Origin: Oceanispirochaeta sp.
GTDB lineage: Bacteria > Spirochaetota > Spirochaetia > DSM-2461
Direction: 5' to 3'
DNA length: 64,000 bases
Assembly: GCA_963666275.2 (NCBI GenBank)
Contig: CAXXOA010000001.1
Location: forward strand, 2,432,001 to 2,496,000
Shown here piece by piece: positions 51,263 through 61,139 of the stretch. Position 1 is the first letter of the stretch, and each line of letters starts with the position of its first letter. Below the pieces are notes generated by a model. That model searched no databases. It was not told the origin of the DNA and saw only the letters and a program-made list of their open reading frames with translations. A program made the translations under genes and the position numbers.

Positions 51263-52981
51263 CTACCGGGACCTGAGGAGATCCACAATATCCGGATGCC
51301 CCTGAGCTGCGGCAAAATCTTCCGCCCGGTTTCCCCTCTGATCCTTCAATCTCGCATCAGCGCCCGCCTCCAGAAGAATCCCGACGGTTCCTGCAAATCC
51401 CCTGGCAGCGGCTTTCATCAGGGGAGTGATCCCCTGAAAGTCCGCTCGATCGGGATCAGAGAGAGATCCCAGAACCAGCGAAAGGCTCCGGGGATCCGGC
51501 TCCTCCCACCCTGATGCCATAAGATAGAGGGGGGACTCCCCTTTTCCGTTCAGAGCGTCCACATCAGCACCCGTGGCGATCAGAAGCTCCAGTGCTTCCA
51601 GAGGGGCTCTGTTCCTCGCTGCCCAGTGAAAGGCGGTCCATCCGTCCTGATCCGCCAGATTCGGGTCGGATCCGGCGGCCAGGAGCTGCCGGAATATGGA
51701 GCTGGATCCGGACCAGGCCGCCACATGAAGGGCGGTCCATCCTTCGGGAGTCCTGTAAAAAGGATCCGCTCCGCCGACCAGAAGAGCCCCTACCATATCT
51801 GGAAAACTGCAGGCGGCAGCCTTCATCAGGGGGGACCAGGAGTTTTCATCCTCTGCGTTTATATCTGCTCCTGCCTCCACAAGTCGGGTGATCATCACCG
51901 TATCCTCTCCCCACCGGGCTGTTTCATGAAGACTGAGATTCAGATCCGAATGAGGAACCGCGTCGGCAGGATACACCCGGCGGGACAGGGCACGGAGGCC
52001 CGCCGGGTCCAGGGGCAGATCCCGGGAGGCGAGATATTCCCTGAAATAGGAATCCAGGGGGCGTCCCAGACCGTCCCGGACCCTTCCGTCCTCCAGAAAT
52101 CGGCTCAGGTATTCCACAACCTTCGGGGTATTGTTCCAGTGAAGGGCCGCCATGAGGGGTATCCAGCCATCCTTGTCAGGCCCCGAAGGAGACGCCCCTC
52201 TGTCAATGAGAAAGCGGATCATTGACAGATCCTGTCTGTAGGCGGCGCTCCACAGAAGCAGGGAGGAGCCGTAACTGTCCCGGCTGTTAATACCCATCCC
52301 CTGATCCAGAAGAACCTGCACGGCGTCCGCTCCTCCTCCGAAAAGGACCGTATAGAACAGGGCATTCCACCCGTCAAAATCCCGGGCTTCCGGATCGGCC
52401 CCATAGGCCAGGAGGAGCTTCATTTTCCGCGGGCCCTCTTCCAGAGAGCCCGCCCTCATAAGGGGAGTGATCCCGTAGGGTTCGGTAAGTTCCGTCTCCG
52501 CCCCTCTGGAAAGGAGCAGTTCCGTGGCTCCGGGAGAGTGGTAGACACACCTTGTCAGGAGAGGCACCCCTTCCGGATCGATCATATCGGGGGAGTATCC
52601 CTGATCCAGGAGGATTTCAAGGAGAGGAAGGGCCTTCTCCTCCTGATGGGTCAGAGCAAAAAAAGGCATATAGCGGTTAAACTGCTCCAGCCCCTGCTGA
52701 AAGGCTTGCCCTTCGGGAACATATCCCAGCAGAAGCTCCAGAATCTGAGGATGCCCCCCGATCACTGCCAGATGGCAGGACGAGAGGCCCTCATCATTGA
52801 GAAGAAGAGGGTCTGCTCCCTCCTCAAGCGCCTCCCGGAGGATATCCATCCGGGGAGTACGGCCTGTAAACAGAGCCAGTTCCCCGAACAGAACAGACTG
52901 GGGATCTTCTGTTACCGAAGCGGGTTCTGCCTGAAGGGGCAGCAGGGGCAGTAAAAAGAGGAGATAAAAAAAACCTTTCAT
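51263..52981 (-). CDS. Exported ankyrin-repeat protein
   Basis: Signal peptide (LQA); more than 10 G.TPL..A...LL..GAD repeats. Confidence 0.88.
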   Translation of the reverse strand: MKGFFYLLFLLPLLPLQAEPASVTEDPQSVLFGELALFTGRTPRMDILREALEEGADPLLLNDEGLSSCHLAVIGGHPQILELLLGYVPEGQAFQQGLEQFNRYMPFFALTHQEEKALPLLEILLDQGYSPDMIDPEGVPLLTRCVYHSPGATELLLSRGAETELTEPYGITPLMRAGSLEEGPRKMKLLLAYGADPEARDFDGWNALFYTVLFGGGADAVQVLLDQGMGINSRDSYGSSLLLWSAAYRQDLSMIRFLIDRGASPSGPDKDGWIPLMAALHWNNTPKVVEYLSRFLEDGRVRDGLGRPLDSYFREYLASRDLPLDPAGLRALSRRVYPADAVPHSDLNLSLHETARWGEDTVMITRLVEAGADINAEDENSWSPLMKAAACSFPDMVGALLVGGADPFYRTPEGWTALHVAAWSGSSSIFRQLLAAGSDPNLADQDGWTAFHWAARNRAPLEALELLIATGADVDALNGKGESPLYLMASGWEEPDPRSLSLVLGSLSDPDRADFQGITPLMKAAARGFAGTVGILLEAGADARLKDQRGNRAEDFAAAQGHPDIVDLLRSR

Positions 52982-53069
52982 GAATATAATTATCCATAAA
53001 AGGTTTTCAAATGGGAAATGAATTTTTCCCTTCTTTCCGGATTACCGGAAAGAAGAAGGGGCCCCGGGA

Positions 53070-53426
53070 TTATTCCACGCCCAGAACGTCTTTCATGGCC
53101 GATACAAAAGCATCTTTGGGAAGGGCTCCCTGAGCCATCTGAGGTTTGCCTTCTTTGGGAACAAACAGAATGGAGGGAATACTCTGGATACCGAACGCTC
53201 CGGCCAGTTCCTGCTCCGCTTCCGTGTCGATCTTGTAGACATTCATTTTGCCCTTATACTCTTCTCCCAGTTCCTCCAGGATGGGTGCAACCATTTTGCA
53301 TGGTCCGCACCAGTCAGCATAAAAGTCTATGATACAGGGAAGTTCACCTTTGAAATTCCACTCTTTTTCATTTTCGAAATCAAACACTTTATCCAGAAAG
53401 TCCTGTTTTGTAAGATGTGCCGCCAT
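53070..53426 (-). CDS. trxA: Thioredoxin
   Basis: DFYADWCGPCK, IQSIP. Confidence 0.95.
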   Translation of the reverse strand: MAAHLTKQDFLDKVFDFENEKEWNFKGELPCIIDFYADWCGPCKMVAPILEELGEEYKGKMNVYKIDTEAEQELAGAFGIQSIPSILFVPKEGKPQMAQGALPKDAFVSAMKDVLGVE

Positions 53427-53661
53427 TGTGGCCTCCTTGTTAATCTCTGTTCCTGTAATTTTCCTTGGATAAAATTACATATCATTTTTTATATATAAAC
53501 AAAATAACAATATTTTGCCCTTCGGTCAAAGGAAAATCTATAAAAAGTGTAAAACTTCAAAGGTCAGAATGCAAAAAACCTTTGAAAAAAATGAACAATC
53601 CCGGGGTGAGAAGTCTGTTTGATCGGTTGATTTTACCTCGGGATTTCGGCAGGATGTTTCT

Positions 53662-54099
53662 ATGGAAAGTCCTGTGATTCATGTTGCGGCGGGAGTCTGC
53701 CTCAGAGAGAGAAGAATCCTCATTACCCGCCGGTCTCCAAAGATGTCCGCTCCGGGTTTATGGGAGTTTCCAGGAGGCAAGGTGGAGCCGGGAGAGTCAC
53801 CCCGGGAGGCACTGATCCGCGAACTGAAAGAAGAGCTTTGCCTTGCCGCCGCGCCGGGAGTGAAACTGGGAGAGTCACGGATCCCTTTTAGATCGGGACA
53901 TCTCCGGATGGAGTGCTTCCATGTGGCACTTGAAAAAACAGAGGAACCAGTTCTTCTGGAGCATGACGGGATGAGCTGGATCACAACAGAGGATTTCGGG
54001 GCCTATCACTGGGGTCCTGCGGACGTACCTCTGGTAGAGGATCCTGCTTTTATTGAGAGAGTTAAAAGACTTTTACTGGAGGAAGGGAAAAAAATATGA
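53662..54099 (+). CDS. MutT/NudG-like NUDIX hydrolase
   Basis: WEFPGGKVEPGESPREALIRELKEE. Confidence 0.9.
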   Translation: MESPVIHVAAGVCLRERRILITRRSPKMSAPGLWEFPGGKVEPGESPREALIRELKEELCLAAAPGVKLGESRIPFRSGHLRMECFHVALEKTEEPVLLEHDGMSWITTEDFGAYHWGPADVPLVEDPAFIERVKRLLLEEGKKI

Positions 54100-55859
54100 G
54101 TAAAGAACTGCCCCGCTGGGAACTGTCCATGTATGAAAGTTATCAGGACAATGCCTACCTGAAAGACAGGGAGGAACTGAAAACCACCATTGAGAGCCTG
54201 AATGATCTGCTCACCGGAAGCCCCCTCTGGAAGACAGCGCCTCTGGAAGCCATAGAAAAGGCTCTGCCTCTGATCAACAGAAGCTTTGATCTCTACGAAA
54301 ACCTGGAATCCTATACCTACTGCCGGTATTCAACGGATACAAAAGACCAGAAAACCATGAATCAGCTGAACCAGCTGGAAGAGATAACCCTCCCCCTGAA
54401 AAATGCCATGGTGGAATTCAACAACAGACTGGCCGAATCCGGCACCTGCAAAGAGGACTGGAACCGGTCTGAAAATCTGAAGGGTTTTATATTTTTTCTC
54501 AATGAATCCCTGAAGGACCAGAAATTTCAGATGACCCCAGAGGAAGAGAACCTGGCGGCGGACCTTTCCCGCTCGGGCGGTTCCGCCTGGGGACGGCTGC
54601 AGGAGACCCTTTCATCCACCCTGAAAACCGAGTGGAAGCCCGGTGACTGGAAAACGGTTACCCAGCTCAGGCTGATGGCCAGCAATCCCAACAGGGAGAT
54701 CCGCCGGCAGGCCTGGGAAAAGGAACTCCGTTGCTGGGAGTCCGCGGAAACGGCCTTTGCTGCCTCTCTGAACGGTGTAAAAGGTTTTTCCGAGACCCTG
54801 AATAAACGCAGAGGATACAGCTCCACTCAGGAACGATCGGTCAGACAGGCCCGGATGGCTCCGGAAACTCTGGAAGCCATGATTGAAAGCATGAAGGAAA
54901 GCCTCCCCGACTTCAGAAGCTATATGAAGAAGAAAGCGGCTTTTATGAAACTGGACCGTCTCTCCTGGTTTGATATCATCGCTCCTCTGGAGGGAGAGAG
55001 CAGGCAGTGGAGCTGGGAGGAAACCCGTGAGTTTATTGAGCGGAATTTTGCCACCCTCAGCCCCGAGTATGCCGACTTTGCCCGGAAAGCCTTTGCCGAG
55101 AAGTGGATAGATGCCCCGCCGGCGGAAGGAAAAGTAGGAGGCGCCTACTGCATAAGCTTCCCCCTGCAGGAAGAGAGCCGCATCATGACCAACTTCGACG
55201 GCGCTTTCACTGATGTATCCACCATTGCCCATGAACTGGGTCACGGATGGCACCATGAGGTCCTGAAAAATGCTCCGGCACTTCACAGGGACTATCCAAT
55301 GACCCTGGCGGAAACAGCCTCTATCTTTTCGGAGATCCTTGTTTTTCAGGGATACTACAGAAATGCCGATGAAAACGAGAGAAAGGGACTCCTGGAAAGC
55401 AGCCTGAGCGATTCCAATCAGGTCATTACGGATATCCTCTCCCGCTTCCTCTTCGAAAAGGAACTGATGGAACGGAGAGCCGGCGGAGAACTTTCGGCGG
55501 AAGAACTGAAGGAGATGATGCTCCGGGCTCAGGAGGCAACCTACGGGGATGCCCTGCACCCGGAAGAGCGCCATCCCTGGATGTGGGCGGTCAAGGGTCA
55601 CTACTACAGTCAGGATCTTGGATTCTACAACTTCCCCTATGCCTTCGGCCTGCTCTTCGGTTGGGGTCTCTACAGCCTCTACGAGGAAATGGGCAGCGAG
55701 TTCGCCCCTCTGTACAGAAAAGTCCTTCAGATGACAGGCCGGGCCACCGCGGAGGAGTGCGCGGCGGCCGCAGGAATCGATATCACAGAAAAAGCCTTCT
55801 GGCAGCGGAGTCTGGGAATGATTAGCCGCCAGATTGAGGATTTTAAAAAGTTCAATTAA
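54096..55859 (+). CDS. pepF: M3B oligoendopeptidase F
   Basis: GKVGGAYC, AHELGHGWH, LAETAS, FYNFPY. Confidence 0.92.
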   Translation: MSKELPRWELSMYESYQDNAYLKDREELKTTIESLNDLLTGSPLWKTAPLEAIEKALPLINRSFDLYENLESYTYCRYSTDTKDQKTMNQLNQLEEITLPLKNAMVEFNNRLAESGTCKEDWNRSENLKGFIFFLNESLKDQKFQMTPEEENLAADLSRSGGSAWGRLQETLSSTLKTEWKPGDWKTVTQLRLMASNPNREIRRQAWEKELRCWESAETAFAASLNGVKGFSETLNKRRGYSSTQERSVRQARMAPETLEAMIESMKESLPDFRSYMKKKAAFMKLDRLSWFDIIAPLEGESRQWSWEETREFIERNFATLSPEYADFARKAFAEKWIDAPPAEGKVGGAYCISFPLQEESRIMTNFDGAFTDVSTIAHELGHGWHHEVLKNAPALHRDYPMTLAETASIFSEILVFQGYYRNADENERKGLLESSLSDSNQVITDILSRFLFEKELMERRAGGELSAEELKEMMLRAQEATYGDALHPEERHPWMWAVKGHYYSQDLGFYNFPYAFGLLFGWGLYSLYEEMGSEFAPLYRKVLQMTGRATAEECAAAAGIDITEKAFWQRSLGMISRQIEDFKKFN

Positions 55860-55876
55860 AAGGATTTAAAAAAGAC

Positions 55877-56584
55877 ATGTTAGTCATTGCCCATCGGGGA
55901 GCTTCCGCCTTTGCACCGGAAAACACGATCCCCGCATTCAAGAAAGCCCTGGAAATGGGAGCCTCTTCCATAGAGCTGGACGTGCACCTCAGCGCCGACG
56001 GGATCCCCGTGGTGATACACGATTTTTTTCTGGATAAAACAACAGACGGAACCGGTCTGGTCCGTTCGATGAACTGGCAGGACCTCCGCCGTCTTGATGC
56101 GGGCAGGAGCTTCCCTGCTCTCCCTGTGTGCCGGATCCCCTCCCTGGAAGAGGTACTCGCCCTGATTCCTCCTGAAATCACTCTGAATATAGAACTGAAG
56201 AGTATCTCTCTTTTCAGGGAGAACACAGCGGATAGGGTATTGAACATGCTGGAACAGGAGAAATCCTCCCGGCAGGTAGTCATATCCTCCTTCAACCACC
56301 GCTGCCTGCAGGAGGTGAGAGAAAGAGACAAAGAGATCAGACTGGGCATCCTGACAGCCTCGGACATGATCAATTTTACAGACTATACCGAATCCACAGG
56401 TCTGAATCCCTGGAGCCTCCACCCCGAAGCCTCGTATCTGACAAAAGAGTATGTGGACAGGGCGCATCAGATGGGATGGAAGGTGTTCTGCTGGACTGTG
56501 AATACAAAAGAGGCGGCCGCCCTTGTGGGGTCCACAGGAGCCGACGGATTCTTCTCGGATAATCCGGGACTGCTGGATCAGTAG
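55877..56584 (+). CDS. Glycerophosphodiester phosphodiesterase
   Basis: IAHRGAS..PENT, ELDV, HD, NIELK, WTVN. Confidence 0.93.
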   Translation: MLVIAHRGASAFAPENTIPAFKKALEMGASSIELDVHLSADGIPVVIHDFFLDKTTDGTGLVRSMNWQDLRRLDAGRSFPALPVCRIPSLEEVLALIPPEITLNIELKSISLFRENTADRVLNMLEQEKSSRQVVISSFNHRCLQEVRERDKEIRLGILTASDMINFTDYTESTGLNPWSLHPEASYLTKEYVDRAHQMGWKVFCWTVNTKEAAALVGSTGADGFFSDNPGLLDQ

Positions 56585-57549
56585 CTGAATTCCAGAGCCG
56601 CTGAAACGGTGGATGCCGTGTAGCGGATTCCGGCTCCGCCGATATCCGGAGCATAGCGGATAAATCCGGAATCCGTCTCCCTCAGGATATAGACGTCCCC
56701 CACCGTTTCAAAAACCTCCTCCCATTCATAGGAGAGGGATAGGGAGAAATGCCGGGATGTTCTGTACCGGATTCCCGCGGTGAGGCCGAAAAAGCGGCCG
56801 TTTTCAAAAAAATCATAAAAGTGAAGATCCCGGAACAGATGGTGATCATAATCATCTGCGCTGACCATGGAGCTGTAAATCATGGTGAGGCTCCCCTGTA
56901 TAGCGTCTTTTTCCGCAGACAAACGCAGCCCTGTGTAGGGGATTCTGTAATTCACTTCATAATCAATTCCGTTCTCACCGGTGAGATAGGAGGGATCGTA
57001 GGAGCTGTAGGGGTAATCTATATCCTGCAGAATATCTGTCCAGGCCCAGTGTATCAATTTGAATCCGGCCAGGCCATCCAGAGAGAATCTGTAATTCCGG
57101 AAGACTCGGAGGGATGTGTTATAGTCGATCTGATAGGAATCTTTCAGATAAATATCGCTTAAAGACCAGTTTGTCCAGGTGGTAGTATCCGCATCGGGAT
57201 AGGAGTCGTAGAGCCAGTCATAATCATTCATCTCCCCGGTCTTATAGGTAAGACTTTTGGCAGCTGCCAGATTAAAAAACAGGAGATTCCCCATATTGAC
57301 TGAAACAGCGGCTCCCAGATTGACTGTATTGTTCAGCTCCCAGACCAGTTTACTCAGATAGGGGGTGTCGGATCCTGCGGAAGCCATAACAAGCTCATAA
57401 CTCCTGCCGTTCACCAGGGAAAAGACTGGGGAAGCTGTGAAACCGACACTCCTTCCCGGAGGCAGGAGTTCTCCCGCAGAGGCCTGCAGGGCGAAAGCAG
57501 AGGCTGAAAAAGCCAGGAGAAAGCACAGTATGGAAAGAAGCCTACGCAT
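56578..57549 (-). CDS. Omptin-family outer-membrane protease
   Basis: Signal peptide; E.V, SKLVW, MNDYDW, DYDHH..R catalytic motifs; C-terminal aromatic. Confidence 0.82.
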   Translation of the reverse strand: MRRLLSILCFLLAFSASAFALQASAGELLPPGRSVGFTASPVFSLVNGRSYELVMASAGSDTPYLSKLVWELNNTVNLGAAVSVNMGNLLFFNLAAAKSLTYKTGEMNDYDWLYDSYPDADTTTWTNWSLSDIYLKDSYQIDYNTSLRVFRNYRFSLDGLAGFKLIHWAWTDILQDIDYPYSSYDPSYLTGENGIDYEVNYRIPYTGLRLSAEKDAIQGSLTMIYSSMVSADDYDHHLFRDLHFYDFFENGRFFGLTAGIRYRTSRHFSLSLSYEWEEVFETVGDVYILRETDSGFIRYAPDIGGAGIRYTASTVSAALEFSY

Positions 57550-57605
57550 AATCTAAGAATATATCTTTATTACCCGGAAAATACCAGTAACAGCCATTAT
57601 AACGC

Positions 57606-57633
57606 AAAGAGGCTGCCCCTATCGGAGCAGCCT
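57606..57633 (-). terminator. Terminator after betaine ABC operon
   Basis: AGGCTGC...GCAGCCT stem followed by CTTT on minus strand. Confidence 0.6.
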
Positions 57634-57664
57634 GCTGTTATCTATTCAGGATTCAATAGATGGA

Positions 57665-58552
57665 TTATTCCATCCAGCTTTCCCAAACGTCCCGGTTGGC
57701 ATCTTTCCATTCCCGGGCGGCTTCAAGGGTATCTTTGTTTGAATCCGCAATATATACCATCAGAGGACCGATGGTTTCATTTGTCCAGTATACGTTGGAG
57801 AACAGTTTGGATACTTCAGGCAGATCTTCTTCCACACCTGCACGACCCAGGATAAAGATATCATTGGGTTCGAAAACAACGGGTCCGTCCTGCTCAAGGA
57901 TAACCAGGTCATAACGGCCGAACATGGAGTGGGGCTGCCATCCCATACCGACGATATACTCTCCGTCTTCAATAGCACCGTCAAGGGCTGCCATCATAGC
58001 GGGACCGGAAGAAGCCACAAGTTCAATTCCAGCTTCATCCAGACCGTAACCGGGGATCAGCTCCTCTGCGGTTTTGATCATCATTCCCGCACCGGCATCG
58101 ATACCTGTAATTTTTCCATCCAGTTTTTCAACAACTTCGGGCTTTGCCAGATCCGAAAGCTTGGTTACACCGTCATCAGCCATGTACTTGGGAATGATCA
58201 GACCGGTAATACCTTTGTCATAGATTTTTGCGATTTTAACTATATCAGTTCCTTCGGTGTATACACCGTGAAGGGTTGGAAGCCATCCTTCCATGAAAAA
58301 GTCCTGATCACCTTCAGCAACAGAAGAGATAGCGGGAGCCACATCAGCAGCTGTCAGATTGACTTCGTAACCGTATTCATCTTCCAGAACGGCGGCAAGA
58401 AAATGGGTCCAGGCAACGCCCTCTTCCCAGTTGGCATAGACAAGATTTACGGTCTTCTTTTCAGAACCGTCTTTCTGACCGTTAGCGAAGGCAAAAGTTG
58501 AAACAGCAGCCATCAAAAATACAAAAATTGAAGCTTTAAAAAAAGTTTTCAT
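57665..58552 (-). CDS. opuAC: Glycine betaine/proline ABC substrate-binding protein (OpuAC/ProX)
   Basis: W.E, WLP.LH, GIDAGAG, W.PH; spirochaete-type FANGQ N-terminus. Confidence 0.9.
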   Translation of the reverse strand: MKTFFKASIFVFLMAAVSTFAFANGQKDGSEKKTVNLVYANWEEGVAWTHFLAAVLEDEYGYEVNLTAADVAPAISSVAEGDQDFFMEGWLPTLHGVYTEGTDIVKIAKIYDKGITGLIIPKYMADDGVTKLSDLAKPEVVEKLDGKITGIDAGAGMMIKTAEELIPGYGLDEAGIELVASSGPAMMAALDGAIEDGEYIVGMGWQPHSMFGRYDLVILEQDGPVVFEPNDIFILGRAGVEEDLPEVSKLFSNVYWTNETIGPLMVYIADSNKDTLEAAREWKDANRDVWESWME

Positions 58553-58642
58553 TATATTTCTCCTTAAGAAATTATTTTTTACCGGATCTGGAGAACAACT
58601 CAACAGATCCGGGTTTATGTGCGAAATTATCTATCCCCTGAC

Positions 58643-59488
58643 TTAATTCTGTCTCTGAGAAGCATCGCTGAGAGCCTGAGTGACCCTATCCAGAAAAATA
58701 GCCAGGATAACAATGGAAATTCCCCCTTCAAAACCCATATCGATTTTCAGCTGGGTGATTCCTTTCAGAACAACGTTACCAAGACCACCGGCACCGATCA
58801 TTCCGGAGATAACAACCATGGAAAGGGCCAGCATAATGGTCTGGTTCACTCCGGCCATTATTGTCGGGAGGGCCACCGGCAGCTCCGCTTTGAGCAGCAT
58901 CTGCCTTGGGGTGGCTCCGAAAGCCAGGGAAGCTTCCTTGATTTCCGTGGGAACCTGTCTGATTCCCAGGTTGGTCAGTCTTACCGCAGGGGGAAGACTG
59001 AATATCAGCGTAGCGATAACACCGGGAACAGGTCCCAGTTTAAACAGTAGGACAGCGGGTATCAGGTAAACAAAGGCCGGCAGGGTCTGCATAAAATCCA
59101 GAATAGGCCTTATTGTATTCCAGGCTTTGTCGGATTTGGATGTCCAGATCCCCACGGGAAGACCGATAAGAAGACCGAAAAATACAGCTGCCACCACAAG
59201 GGACAGGGTATCCATGGTCTGTTCCCAGTAGCCCATATACAGAATCAGCAGAAAACCGATCACTGTAAATGCCGCCACCCCGCGGGATGCCACTTTCCAG
59301 GCCAGAGCTGTAAAAACAGTAATAATCACAAGGGACGGGGGAAAGTTGAAAATCCAGTTGACTCCCGCCAGAAGCCCTTCTACAAGGACTGCTATAAAAT
59401 CAAAAAACCAGTCTGCATTGGAAGTGAGCCAGTCTATGATGGCCTCAAAACCTCCGCCAATATTTATTATTTCTCTAATGGTATCCAT
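58643..59488 (-). CDS. opuAB: Glycine betaine ABC permease (OpuAB/ProW)
   Basis: LDFMQTLPAFVYLIP, RLTNLGIRQV, GVNQTIMLALSMVV. Confidence 0.94.
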   Translation of the reverse strand: MDTIREIINIGGGFEAIIDWLTSNADWFFDFIAVLVEGLLAGVNWIFNFPPSLVIITVFTALAWKVASRGVAAFTVIGFLLILYMGYWEQTMDTLSLVVAAVFFGLLIGLPVGIWTSKSDKAWNTIRPILDFMQTLPAFVYLIPAVLLFKLGPVPGVIATLIFSLPPAVRLTNLGIRQVPTEIKEASLAFGATPRQMLLKAELPVALPTIMAGVNQTIMLALSMVVISGMIGAGGLGNVVLKGITQLKIDMGFEGGISIVILAIFLDRVTQALSDASQRQN

Positions 59489-59493
59489 ATTAT

Positions 59494-60747
59494 TTATGCA
59501 TCCTCCCGTTCACTCAGCTCTTCATGAACTTCACTCAGGGCTGTAGGAGTGATTGATTCTTCCTCCATACCTTCATTCACTTCTCTGATAATAGCGGCTC
59601 TGTCGACAATCCCGTGAAAAACACCGTTTTCATCAATGACGGCAATGGGATATTTTGTATCAAGAGCTGTGGACAACAGATCCGAGATAGCGGTTTCCGG
59701 CAGTGTTGTATAGATATCCGTATTGATGATTTCGCTCAGATCCTTTTTCTTCTCTTTTTTCAGTCTCACCGCATCATCAATGGAAATGATTCCCTGAAGA
59801 ACCCTTTCTCCGTTTACCACATACATATGGGACCGGCCGTTTTTCTCCATGATCCTCATGGCAGCCTCGGGACCGTCTTTTGCCAGATTGACTGTGGGGG
59901 AATTCCTTTTGACAAGACCGGCCGTAATGACTTTCGTCCTGTCCACGTTCTGTACAAATTTTTTCACGTATTCATCTGCCGGTTCTGCCAGAATCTCTTC
60001 GGGGGTTCCCACCTGACGGACTCTGCCGTCGGGTCCCAGAATAACTATCCTGTCTCCCAGCTTCAGAGCTTCATCCAGGTCATGGGTGATAAAGATGATG
60101 GTTTTATGCATCTTTGTCTGAAGTTCCAGCAGTTCATCCTGCATCTGGGTACGGATAAGAGGGTCCAGAGCACTGAAGGCTTCATCCATCAGCAGAATCT
60201 CGGGATCATTGGCCAGAGCCCTGGCCAAACCGACCCTCTGCTGCATACCGCCTGAGAGTTCACTGGGCATACTCTGTTCAAAACCTTCCAGCCCGACCAG
60301 TTTGATAGCATCAAGAGCTTTCTGCCGTCTCTCCTCTTTTTCCATTCCCCCTACTTCCAGACCGAACTCTACATTGTTGACAATGTTTCTGTGGGGAAGC
60401 AGTCCGAAATGCTGAAATACCATGGACATTTTATAGCGCCGGACCTCTCTCAAAGTCTCTTTGTCCATTTTCATAATATCTTCACCGTCAATCAGGATCT
60501 CTCCCGTGGTGGGCTCAATAAGTCTGTTCAGACAGCGGATAAATGTGGATTTACCGCTTCCGGAAAGACCCATTACAACAAAAGTTTCTCTTTTCTCGAT
60601 AGAAAAAGTGGCACCGTTGATGGCAACGGTACATCCTGTTTTTTTTAGGATTTCCTGTTTTGTTAAACCTTTTTTAATTAACGGAATTGCTTTCTTCGGA
60701 TTAGGCCCGAAGATCTTGTGCAAATTCTTAACCTCTACGAGGGCCAT
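59494..60747 (-). CDS. opuAA: Glycine betaine ABC ATPase with CBS domains (OpuAA/ProV)
   Basis: GLSGSGKST, LSGGMQQRVG, DEAFSALDP, tandem CBS. Confidence 0.95.
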   Translation of the reverse strand: MALVEVKNLHKIFGPNPKKAIPLIKKGLTKQEILKKTGCTVAINGATFSIEKRETFVVMGLSGSGKSTFIRCLNRLIEPTTGEILIDGEDIMKMDKETLREVRRYKMSMVFQHFGLLPHRNIVNNVEFGLEVGGMEKEERRQKALDAIKLVGLEGFEQSMPSELSGGMQQRVGLARALANDPEILLMDEAFSALDPLIRTQMQDELLELQTKMHKTIIFITHDLDEALKLGDRIVILGPDGRVRQVGTPEEILAEPADEYVKKFVQNVDRTKVITAGLVKRNSPTVNLAKDGPEAAMRIMEKNGRSHMYVVNGERVLQGIISIDDAVRLKKEKKKDLSEIINTDIYTTLPETAISDLLSTALDTKYPIAVIDENGVFHGIVDRAAIIREVNEGMEEESITPTALSEVHEELSEREDA

Positions 60748-61139
60748 GCAATTCTCCTTCTGAAAAATATCCCTTTGCCAGGGAAATTATATATTTATTT
60801 GTTATCAAGATATTACAACACTAACAATTTAATTCTATATAGTCAAGCCCCTATCCCAAATCGGCAAGATCTTCAAGATTTATATTGTTTCATTATATAT
60901 ACTTATAAATATTTCGCATACTAAGCATTATATTTAGTATTGTAATATATAAAAGGGATATGCGATCGTAATTTCTGCGGGTATTTTAGTGCTGTAAGCA
61001 CTTATTTTGTGAATTAAAATTCGGTGAATTTCCTCTCTGAATTATTCGTTCCCAACCTCTCCGGAAGACCATGCTTTTCCGACTTTAAGAGGCTTTCCTG
61101 TTTCATGATTTCTCTCTTCCTGATAAAATGTCCGGGACT

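Noticed and set aside
60750..61130. c-di-AMP (ydaO) riboswitch upstream of opuA
   Set aside because: Region is AT-rich promoter-like DNA without the conserved ydaO motifs
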